From contig NEEC01000010.1 in assembly GCA_002189035.1 (NCBI GenBank), forward strand, positions 2,914,001-2,978,000: a stretch of DNA of 64,000 nucleotides, in the 5' to 3' direction. The translations under genes and the position numbers were made by a program. The DNA is from Utricularia gibba. Taxonomy: Eukaryota; Plantae; Magnoliophyta. Positions 53,551-63,653 of this stretch are shown piece by piece; within the stretch, counting starts at the first letter, position 1; the number at the start of each line of letters is the position of its first letter. The notes below the pieces were generated by a model. The model searched no databases. It worked only from the letters and a program-made list of their open reading frames with translations, and was not told where the DNA came from.

Positions 53551-55815
53551 ATGGCGGATATGGAGGAGGAAGCCCTGGAAAATGCAGGGTCGATAAGCAA
53601 TCCCTTTTACACCGCTTGGCCTGATTTTTCGCCGGAAAATGCGACCACTTCGTCCAATAAACTTCGAGATTCCGATCAGGGTCTTCGGTGGGGTTTTTCT
53701 ACGCTCAAACTTTCCGACGATTTTCGATCGGACGCTTCTGCCGCCGCCGCCGCCGCCGCCCATGTTTCCTCTTATTGTCGTACGGATGAACCTTGTCCTT
53801 TGTGGTTGAGTTCTGGGGGATTTGGAACCCTTTTTCCTATCCTCAGCAACAAAGTAGCACCTGCAGCAACAGAAACTGGGCTATTGGGTCGAGTGGCGCC
53901 CACGGAACGGGGGAGGTATTGGGTTTGTGGGGAAGAAGCTCATATATTGATGATGGAGATCACTGCCCTTCACCGTTGCTGGAGTGGAATCAGGGACAAG
54001 GATGTTTAGGAGCCAATTTCGATAATTATGGCAGCTCTCTGTTGCATGGCAGAGAATTTTTGTCAGTGGCCGCCAATAGCCGGTTGCGACTTCCGTCATT
54101 TTCCCCGCAACCGAGCAATTTCTTTTTCTCTTCCGAGTGTGGCACCCAGAAACCGAACCGTTTTGATTTCAACACCATGAGAGGGAAAATAGTCCCATTG
54201 GCCAAAAATCAAGATTGGTGCATCGCGCTGTGCTCGATTTTAGAAAATGGGGTTACCATGGATGAAATCGAAGCAGTACTCCCAGAAATAGTGAACAATT
54301 TGGGTGATCTTATGGAGAACCAGTTCGGGAGTCGATTCATTAAGACCCTTTTCCAGAGGTGCAGTCGGGACCAGAAGACGAGGATCGTTAACGCCGTGAC
54401 CAGATTCCGTTCTGTGTTCCTCCACATATGCCTCAACCAACATGGGTACAAATGAGTTCAAGTTTAACATTTTTGCAGCTTAGATTCTCGTAGCAGTTGT
54501 CCTTTTGCATACATTGACACTTAGTCGGTTTACTCAGGGTTAAAGCAGTGCATAAGATCCTGGAGCTCCTGGATACACCTTTGCAAGTATCTATGATCGT
54601 GGTCGCATTGATCCCTGATGCTTGTGTGTTAGCAACTGATACGAATGGGCAGCATGTTATAGAGTACTGTGTCAAGAACTTCCATAGGAGCCACACTGCG
54701 GTAATAATCTTCTACTCTTTCTGTTTTAACAATGATCAGGGATTGTTAAGGCATTGAACTTGCAGCTCACTGAGCACGAAGGTTGATCACCTTCCATGAG
54801 TAAAGAGCGGCTTTTATTTAACAAGCTGCATATGGGTTTGTAGCAAGGAACTAGATCTGAAGCTTGTGCTTGGCTGTAGGTGTCTCAGTCTAGGAACAAG
54901 TTGGTATCAAGTGTTCTAGTTCTGATGCTTAGCCTGCTGATCGTGTTTCTGCTTATTAAAGACTACAGCTTTACGAATTTCAGGCTTCTGTTTGTTTCTG
55001 AGTTGCTCCTACATGTAGAGGATATAGCCTGAACCTCAGTTTGATGGCATAAGACATGAAGATAGAATTCGATCTCCATATGAACTTTTCATGAAGTTTG
55101 TTCTTGTCTCTGATTCACAGGATCTTATTGCGAAGTTAACATCAGAATGCTTCGAAATTGCAACCAACAGAAGTGGCTGCTGTGTGCTGCAATCCTGCAT
55201 GGAGAACTGTGATGAAACAGCAAGAGACCTCCTGATCAGAGAAATCCTTGCCAATGCACGCAGCCTGGCTGAGGATCCTTACGGGTACTGATGCATACAA
55301 CCTTTTCCTCTCCATTATTTCTGCACTGACTCCTGATTCACTCCCTTCCCAGTAACTACGTAGTTCAGTGCGTGATCGGGCTCAACATTTCGGATGCCAC
55401 AGCTGATCTCCTGAGAGCATTCAAAGGAAGCTTCACAGCACTCTCCCGCAACAAATATGCAAGCAATGTGGTGGAGGCCTTCCTCAAAGCATCAGGTGAA
55501 GCCCCTCGTGCAGAAGTCATCAGGGAGTTACTCGCGAGCCACGATGGCTCCTCCCTCCTCACCGATCCATTCGGAAACTATGTCATCCAGACAGCCCTCC
55601 AGGTATCAAAAGTAAAGAAAGACAATCTGATCACCCCCTCCATTCCATCCCTCGCTTCTGCACTATTCACAGACGCCTTGCATCGCCATCAGGGCCATGA
55701 ATGTAATGCCCTGATGACGATGATCGAACGCCACGCGCCGTCCATGCATCGGAATCTGTACGGCAAGAAGATCCTTGCTTCAGTTGAAAAGATGAAGCAG
55801 ACCAGAGCCGCCTAG
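53551..55815 (+). CDS. Pumilio/PUF RNA-binding protein (APUM7-12-like class)
   Basis: Eight Puf-like repeats from about 54180, including NRSGCCVLQ, DPYGNYVVQ, NKYASNVVE and DPFGNYVIQ, ending YGKKIL; GT-AG exons to TAG 55813-55815. The start is uncertain because of a probable frame break at 53790-54006 (alternative ATG about 54177). Confidence 0.82.
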
Positions 55816-56029
55816 TAACAGATTGGAAGATGCTCTCCCTCTTCCTCTGTCCATAGCTTGGCAGCATATGCCTCCTCACATGTATTTTTAGGTATATTTT
55901 ACTTGTAATTTAAAAAAAATATTTTTTAGAAAATTATTGCAAGGATAATGATTGAGGAGGTAATGGTCAAGAATTTTCTTCCGGAATTATTTTTTTTATT
56001 TTTCTTGGAGGAAAATTGAATTTAGTCAG

Positions 56030-56037
56030 TATAAAAG
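56030..56037 (+). promoter_or_regulatory. Candidate TATA box of the iridoid synthase
   Basis: TATAAAAG about 100 nt upstream of ATG 56132. Confidence 0.5.
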
Positions 56038-56131
56038 AGGAGCTCAGGAACCTCTTCGGACCAGATGCAGGCGACGCTTTCTTCATTCGTAGCTTGTTAG
56101 GTGCTTTCTCTCCACAATGTACACCGATACG

Positions 56132-57457
56132 ATGAGCTGGTGGTACCGCCGGTCGATCGGGGAGATCGAGCCGGCAAGTTATTGACTTGTCTTTGAATAT
56201 TTTATTAAGGTGGAAACAGAAGTTCATCTCTCATTCTCATGATCTTCTTATTCAATTGCGCAGAAAAGGTTGCAGGCGAATGGCACGGTGGCGGAGAAGC
56301 CGGAGAGCGTAGCTTTGATAATCGGCGTGACGGGAATCGCGGGAAGCGGGCTCGCGGAAACATTGTCGTACGCCGGCACTCCTGGCGGCCCGTGGAAGGT
56401 ATACGGCGTGGCGCGCCGCCCCTCCCCCGAATGGCTGGCGACTCTTCGGGTGGAGTATGTTCAGTGTGATATCGCGAATACAGAGGAAACTCAGGCGAAA
56501 CTGGCTCCGTTGACGGACGTTTCACATGTCTTCTACGTCTCGTGGACCGGATCTGAGGACTGCGAACTCAACACCCTGATGTTCCGGAACGTCCTCGACG
56601 CCGTCATCCCGAACGCCGTTAATCTGAAACACGTGGGGTTACAGACCGGAATCAAGTACTACTGGGGAAACATGGCGGAAATGGACAGCACAAATCAGCC
56701 TCACGATTGCCCGTTCTACGAAGATTTACCCAGATTGAAACAGGAAAATTTCTATTACAATCTCGAGGATTTGATCCAATCGGCGACCGCGCGGAAGAAC
56801 ATCGCGTATTCAATTCACCGCCCAGCTCTGATCTTCGGGTTCTCCCCCTGCAGCATGATGAACACGGTGAGCACTCTGTCTGTTTACGCTGCCATCTGCA
56901 AGTACGAAAACAAGCCCCTTGTGTACACCGGCACTGATGTGTCCTGGACGTGTCTGTGGGACGCCGTGGACTCCGATCTCCTCGCGGAGCACTTCATATG
57001 GGCCGCCATGGCCCCCGGCGCCAAAAATCAGGTATTCGTTCGCATCAGAATGACTACTTTCTTTCCACTAAATGTAATTCGTTTCTTTTATTCCCGCTCG
57101 CAGGCTTTCAACGTGAACAACGGCGACGTGTTCAAATGGAAGCACATGTGGAATGTCCTGGCGAAGGAGTTCGATCTGCAGGCGGTGGGCTTCGAGGGGA
57201 AAGAGCCAGTACTCTTGGAGGACCTGATGAAGGACAAGGAGCCGGTTTGGGACGCCATTGTGAAGCAGCATGATCTGGTTCCGACGAAGCTCAGGGACAT
57301 CGCCGCCTTCTGGTTGGCCGACGTGGTGTTCAGAAACAAGGAGACGCTCTGCAGCATGAACAAGAACAAGGAGTTCGGGTTTCTGGGGTTCAGAGACACC
57401 ACAAAATCCTTCGTCAATTCCATCAACAAAATGCGCGCCTTCCGGCTGATTCCCTGA
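56132..57457 (+). CDS. ISY: Iridoid synthase (PRISE family), AmISY-like, predicted C7-(R)/epi-iridoid type, 387 aa
   Basis: join(56132-56173, 56264-57031, 57104-57457) = 1164 nt. MSWWYRRSIGEIEP|KRLQANG, GVTGIAG, GPWKVYGVARR, LQTGIKYYWG, catalytic NFYY, HRPALIFGFSPCSMMN, KNQ|AFNVNNGDVFKWK and C-terminal FRLIP. Confidence 0.93.
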
Positions 57458-58721
57458 GCTGCTCCGTCACCATGCTTATCCTCGCCGTCTGCGCCAGTTT
57501 ATTTTATTGAAAAATAATTTGAAAAAACTGAAAGTTAAAAAAAAAATTGTCCAACTGCACCGTTTGATATTTTTTTTACATTACTTTTTTAAAATAAAAT
57601 ATCTAAAATAACTAGTTAGAATTATACAATTTAATAAAAAACTTATTCTATACAATTTTCTAAATTATGCATTTACATAGTTATACATTAATACTAATTT
57701 AATCTTTCAAAAAGGTTGATTTTTAACATTTATATTGATTGGTATATCATATTCTATATCCTATTGTGCCATTTGATAGGTGTTTTAGATATGATTTTAA
57801 TGTGTTTTATTTAAAATTAAAGTATGATAATAAGTTCAATAATATTCTCTAGGAAAATAAAAGTATTATACATTATGTTTAAAACCTTTTATTTATATTT
57901 AAATAATTTAAACTCAAAAATTCAAATACTTCTCCTATCATACATTTAAAATCTAAATTCTTAAATTAGTTTTTTTATTTTATATTTTAAATAAATTAAA
58001 AAAAACTTGATGACACCCACTTCTTATCATTCTCATCCCATCTCCATGTTCGGCTTCAATAAACATTTTATTATTTTAAAACACAAAATGCAATTTATTA
58101 TTATTATTTGAATGATTTTATTCCAAGGTAGAGGGGTGAATTTTTAATTAAAAAATAAAATCTCACTATTTTTAGGCCACGCGCCCCGCACCGAATATTA
58201 TATTCATATATTTTTCCCGGATGGGGTTCTTGTCAGTTGTCACCACCTGAACCTTCCAAAAATAACGATAATGTGTCCCATTTCATTATTCTTTTTGTTT
58301 TTTAATTCAAAAATTCCACACAAATAAACAATTGCTCACGCGGTTCACGCTCAAAAATAAGGTTTATTTTTTTTAAATAATTATTTAAATAGAATTAAAT
58401 TACTATTTTTCACATAAATAAATGTGAGAATGATATGTTATCCATTTGATAAATCAAATAAAATACTATTTTTATATTTTAAATATATTTGGTAGACATG
58501 TTATCTGTTTTAAATATATCTAGAAAAATATTATTATTTTATACATATGTAAAAATATATGTATATTAAATGAAATTTTTGTTTTAATTATATAAAATAT
58601 ATTAATCTAAATCCAAATAATTTAAATAATTATTAATTAAAATATTTACGTTTATTTCGTATGGCATCACTCGCACCTTTTATTTTGTTGATAAGGTATA
58701 GGGAAAAAGAACCCGATTTGT

Positions 58722-59000
58722 AGGCCCAACGGGACGTGGGCCGATCCGGCCCGATTTAGCGGGTATTGGTCCAATTATGTGCCTGTCGTCACCTGGGAGT
58801 GGGGTTGCGGCGCTGATTGGACCGGAAAGTTACTCCGGTCGTAAAATCAGCCCTTTTGGCGCGATATCCCGTTCGTCGCAACGAAACTCCATCATGTGCC
58901 GACGGTTTTTCTCTTGAATCGTTGTTCCCCAACAACATTTAGGTATCATTTGGCTTCGATCCATAGCTTAGATGCGGTGTTAGAGACTAACTAGGGTTTT
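58722..59000. promoter_or_regulatory. Promoter-like island (site II, CCAAT, telo-box) with no adjacent protein gene start
   Basis: GGCCCA/TGGGCC at about 58722-58742, ATTGG/CCAAT at about 58766-58820, and TAGGGTTT at 58992-58999. Confidence 0.5.
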
Positions 59001-59870
59001 GTCCACAATTTTTGCGTATGGGGGAATGTGCAATTTGCTGTGGAAAGTGGGCGTGGATGATCTAGGGCTTCTGTTGATCAAGCTCCTTGTTTTTACCACA
59101 GTTGAAAGAACGGTGAAGAAGAAAGACGTTAGATTTATGGGACAATCGACCGGATACGAATTAAGAGGTAGAATGCAGTTATAAATGAAACCAAATTTAA
59201 AGAATAGGGCTTTAGGTTCAATTTCTCGGACTGGAATATATTTTGCCCATTGGTAGCGTGGTTTCAACGAATGGCGGGAGCTCGATCAAATTCAAGGCAC
59301 CGTCGAAATCTTGCATCGCATGAATCTGCGTTATTGCATCCTTGAAACATTGAAATTCTCTCAATACAGTGAATGCAAGATTTGGGTAAAGAAAGCAGGA
59401 AGAAAAGTTCCTTTTTTTTTTCTTCTCAGGAGTTGGCTGAAAAATCTAGTCTAGGGAATATTTGGTCTCCTATCGGCGGAGTCCTCGTTGAATCTTGGAG
59501 CCGGCTGTTCTTCTCCAGTGGTCTTTAATTCTCTGAGTTGATTGATTCAATGGGTGGGAGGCTCTTGTTGGGTTTCTGGTTGGAACTGCTGACCGCCACT
59601 TTTCTCTGTAGCCTATCGATTTGCATTTAATTTTGTGGTTTCGTTGTTGGTTAGGAGGTAACTAGGATTCATGGTAATATACGTAAGGAGGTTGCCTTTA
59701 AAAATTGCAGAGTTTCGCGTCAACTATCAGTGATTCAAAGTAGGGAGGGAAACAGAAAAGCCCAGGGAGATTATATCAAAAAAATATTAATACTAAGTTT
59801 TTTCATCTTCCATACCAATACAGATGCTATGTGCAATGGAGTTTTCACTGCAAATCATGCATTTGTTCTG

Positions 59871-62177
59871 CTATGTCCAGCTAAATACAATGGGGCTGCT
59901 AACCACGTGCTTTTCATCTGACCATTGCAAGCTACCAAAGCTTGTTGTTCCTGCCGGCATTGAGCCAGCGCTGAACGCAACAGTGTAAGTCTTTTTCTCG
60001 TTTGGCATGCTGAAAGTAAGCTCTTCTGGCTGAACTTGTATCTTGACTGCATTTGTCTCCTGGGAAATTGCCACCTTGTAAGTTCCAGGAGTGCCAACAT
60101 TTGTCAATGTTCTTGTATATTTCAGCGCGGTCGGTGCATTATGCCCCTCTTTTTGGCTTGATGTTGTCTGGAAGGGAACTGCAAATGATGGGTAGTTTAG
60201 ATCTGCCACGCTGTAGTTCTGGTCAGGCTTGCAGGAATAGTCCTGTTTTGAGATGATCTTGATCATGGTTGAGCTGTACCCTATGGCGCATAGAAAATTG
60301 ATGTAGTCAGTGATGCTGGCATCGTACACAAGACCTGGATCAAGGGCTGAAACTGGTTGCACATGCCCTGAACCATAATCGAATGGATTTGCAGGGTGTC
60401 CGGTGGCCAGATCCTGGATTCGGTCACCATTTTTGTATCCCTTGTATGCGGTTGTCATCAGTGCTGATTTTATAGCTGCAGAGCTCCATTCTGGGTGAGC
60501 AGCTTTTATGAAAGCTGCCATTCCACTTACATGTGGGCAAGACATTGAAGTCCCAGAAAGGATGTTGAAGTCAACAAAGCGCTCATCTTCGGTTAGTCCA
60601 GTAGGTCCAACTTTTCTTGTCCATCCAGCAAGTATGTTAACTCCTGGTGCTATTATGTCAGGCTTGAGTATTCCTGGTGTGATTGGATTTGGACCCCGGG
60701 AGCTGAATGCTGCTAGAACAGGTGATGGTTGTATTCCCAATTGTGTGCCTCCTGCTGCAATTGTAGCACTCGGATTCATCTCAGAGGTGATATACCTTTT
60801 GATCTCACTTCCGGCAGCTCGGCCAACAGCGGCCGCAGGTATCAGATGTGCATCCGCAAGCAGCTCTTCTCCATAGGCATCTGTATTTGCTAGAATCATA
60901 CCGACTCCCCCTGCATTTTTCACCACCAGCCCTTTTCTTGCTCTGGGATTCAAACCTCTGTCGCATACAACGATTTTTCCCTTCACTTTTTCTGGGATTA
61001 GACTTTCTGTTGTGCATAAACGTCCATAAGAAGTGCTGCTAGCATTTCCTGCATATACTAATGGGAACAATGTGGTGCTAGGTAAAGGCTTCCCACTGAA
61101 GAGAGATACTCCGGTGAACCTCTTTCCATTTCCTAGCGTGACGTACGACGGAAATTGGCGGTCCATTGTCCCTGCTCCAACTGTCGTAATCCACGGCGCA
61201 ACATTCGACACACTCCCTTGGGAAGGCCCTTCATTTCCAGCTGAGCATGATACCAGGATTCCTTTTGATGCTGCTGCAAATGCTCCAAGTGCAATGATGT
61301 CTGAGTAGTAATCAGAGGTTGAACCTCCTAAGGATAATGAGAGTATATCCACACCATCTTCGATGGCCTTCTCCATTGCTGCAAGTATGTCGCTTGTGAG
61401 ACATCCTCCAGTCCAGCAAACTTTGTAGACGGCCACTCGTGCACCCCTCGCCATCCCTCGTGCAGTACCCTGACCAAAACCGAAGAGACTTGCTCCAGCA
61501 ACAGCTGATCCTGCTGCCGTGCTGGAGGTATGTGTTCCATGGCCATCGTCGTCTCTAGGTGACTTTGCTTCTGTTGTTTCATCGATTGATCCAAATGCTG
61601 CTTCATATCCTTGTGAAAAAGATCTTGCTCCAATCAGTTTCCTATTGCAGCTTGTTGAATTAAAGCCGTCACTCAGCTCACACACACCCTTCCATTTTGC
61701 AGGTACCGGACCTAGTCCCTGGTCATTAAAACTGCTGGATTCCGGCCAAACGCCGGTGTCCAGCAGTCCGATGATAACATCACTGGATATGGAAGATGCC
61801 GGTAGAGAGGGTGGATCATCGACGAGTCCAAGAAACTCCGGGGATCTCGTCGTGTGCAAATCATACCTCACATCTTCTTGGATCAGTAAGACTCCAGGAT
61901 GGTTCACCAGCAACCCAGCTTCTTCCTCGGCTAACTTCACCGAGTAACCTTGAACCACGCTTTTATATATGTAGAGCAAGTTAGCAGAGTCAGATACTGA
62001 CTTGAAAGACTCAGCATACCAGTCAAGGTGATTGCTGAAAGTTTGTGGCATTTGTGAGTTATCCATGTGAACTATGAACACCTTATCCTTGGACCGGATT
62101 CCTTCTTGCGGATCAGCAAGTGCTTGAAACAAGAACAGCAGAAACACATGTGGGAAGATGGATTTACAGATCTCCAT
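59871..62177 (-). CDS. SBT1: Subtilisin-like serine protease (SBT1.7/ARA12-like), intronless, 768 aa
   Basis: Signal peptide, I9 prodomain ending LHTTRSPEFLG, catalytic triad LDTGVWPE / HGTHTSST / SGTSMSCPH, PA domain KGKIVVCDRG and C-terminal Fn-III-like VSSPIVFSW. Confidence 0.96.
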   Translation of the reverse strand: MEICKSIFPHVFLLFLFQALADPQEGIRSKDKVFIVHMDNSQMPQTFSNHLDWYAESFKSVSDSANLLYIYKSVVQGYSVKLAEEEAGLLVNHPGVLLIQEDVRYDLHTTRSPEFLGLVDDPPSLPASSISSDVIIGLLDTGVWPESSSFNDQGLGPVPAKWKGVCELSDGFNSTSCNRKLIGARSFSQGYEAAFGSIDETTEAKSPRDDDGHGTHTSSTAAGSAVAGASLFGFGQGTARGMARGARVAVYKVCWTGGCLTSDILAAMEKAIEDGVDILSLSLGGSTSDYYSDIIALGAFAAASKGILVSCSAGNEGPSQGSVSNVAPWITTVGAGTMDRQFPSYVTLGNGKRFTGVSLFSGKPLPSTTLFPLVYAGNASSTSYGRLCTTESLIPEKVKGKIVVCDRGLNPRARKGLVVKNAGGVGMILANTDAYGEELLADAHLIPAAAVGRAAGSEIKRYITSEMNPSATIAAGGTQLGIQPSPVLAAFSSRGPNPITPGILKPDIIAPGVNILAGWTRKVGPTGLTEDERFVDFNILSGTSMSCPHVSGMAAFIKAAHPEWSSAAIKSALMTTAYKGYKNGDRIQDLATGHPANPFDYGSGHVQPVSALDPGLVYDASITDYINFLCAIGYSSTMIKIISKQDYSCKPDQNYSVADLNYPSFAVPFQTTSSQKEGHNAPTALKYTRTLTNVGTPGTYKVAISQETNAVKIQVQPEELTFSMPNEKKTYTVAFSAGSMPAGTTSFGSLQWSDEKHVVSSPIVFSWT

Positions 62178-63653
62178 CTCAACAACAACACAGAGCAGCC
62201 AATGCTTCTTGTTCTCAGCAAAGGCCAGTGCTTCAGGAAGTTGTAAGCAGCGGTTTTGTTGTTTGGGGATTATAATTGCGCCTCATTTTCATTACAATGA
62301 AGTGGGTACGGGTCCACTTCTTGTTGAAGGATTGTAAAAGATGACAGCTGCTCGGATTCAATAATTCATGTCTAATCACTTGATGCAAATCGAGATGAAT
62401 GGCGCATCTCATTTAGCTTCGAACCCGCTTTATGACTCACCTCTGTGCTCATCTTTTTCTTCCTTAGGATCCATCACCAAGTCTAGGATACGAGGAGATG
62501 ACGAGGAGCAAGATCCTACAGTACAGGATGAAAGGGTACTGTTGGAGTGCTAGATGTGGCATGAAAATCTAAATCCAGACCTGTACAATTCTGTGCTGAA
62601 ATTGGTTGCCTACCCTTCTGCATCCAGACTGTCCAAAGATGCTCCTTGTCCATGGGGAAGTCTTGTCCTTCCAACCAGGACATTTAAACATGTAACTGAC
62701 TTATTCATCTCTGATGTGAGTTTGTTTTGGAAGGGAGGCGAACTGTAAATGGGATGAAAAGGCGGCAGCACATGGAGCGATCAGTGGACCAGTAGCCATT
62801 TATTGGGGACAAGAACTCTAGATTTGTTCTCAGCCGTTGGTTTGCAAAAATGGCATCCTGCTTCAGATCTCATTTGCCGTGGAAGTGCTTCATCCATCAA
62901 GCTTATGGTGGAAATGAAGATCAAGTACTGCAAGATTCTCAGATTCGAGGCTATGGACGACATTGTCTTATATTTTCAACGTAGAGCCCAGCCCCATCTG
63001 TGTTTTCCGGCGGGGACCGGTGGCATAGTCTACTCACGTCCGGTGCATGAACGGATCCGTCGGCCGACAATATTGCATGTGCGCAAATGGGCTACTACTA
63101 ATGCTTACTATTTTCTTGATATCATGTTCCAATTGAAATTTGAATGGTTGTCTGGACGTCATTTAAGACTCCCCCTCTCTCTAAAGAGCCGTTGGTTGAG
63201 TTGCAGGTAGCTCCTTCTGGACTGCGGCTCCAAGCGAGCGGGCTTTGCAACAGCGACCTGGGGGTGATGCCATCACGTCCAGCTCCCAGAGCGAACCGGA
63301 ATGGCGCCACCGTCGCATAGGCGCGAACTGCCAAGGTACAAGCGAAGCTCCTCCCAAGACTGATTCCTACTATATCACTGGTTTTGGCGACAAGGTGACG
63401 GCGGCGCTCCTGCGGGGCGAGCCACATTTGAGGAAAACAACCGCCGGGGTCAAGAAGCATCCTTCCTGTTGCTGCTGTGGGATTGCCGGTTGAAGAAAGA
63501 ATGGAGATGGTTGCAGTTACAAATGGGATTCAAGTTTTGTGGGCGGTGCAGAGATAGCTGCATGTTCTTCTGTATAACTACCATAGGTCAGAACTGTTAA
63601 GTTCTACATATTTGGAGGAATACAGGAAAGTGGATCACAGTCAGAACACTTGT

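Noticed and set aside
50750-62177. An iridoid biosynthetic gene cluster (CYP81 + ISY + neighbours)
   Set aside because: Known iridoid P450s are CYP76 and CYP72, not CYP81. No terpene synthase, ADH, NEPS, MLPL or UGT is present, and CYP81 appears to belong to the ancestral MYB44 neighbourhood.
590-62177. Hydrolases (peptidase, phosphoesterase, patatin, subtilase) as a carnivory or digestion cluster
   Set aside because: They are dispersed among housekeeping genes, single-copy and belong to families found in all plants. Nothing in the sequence links them to traps.
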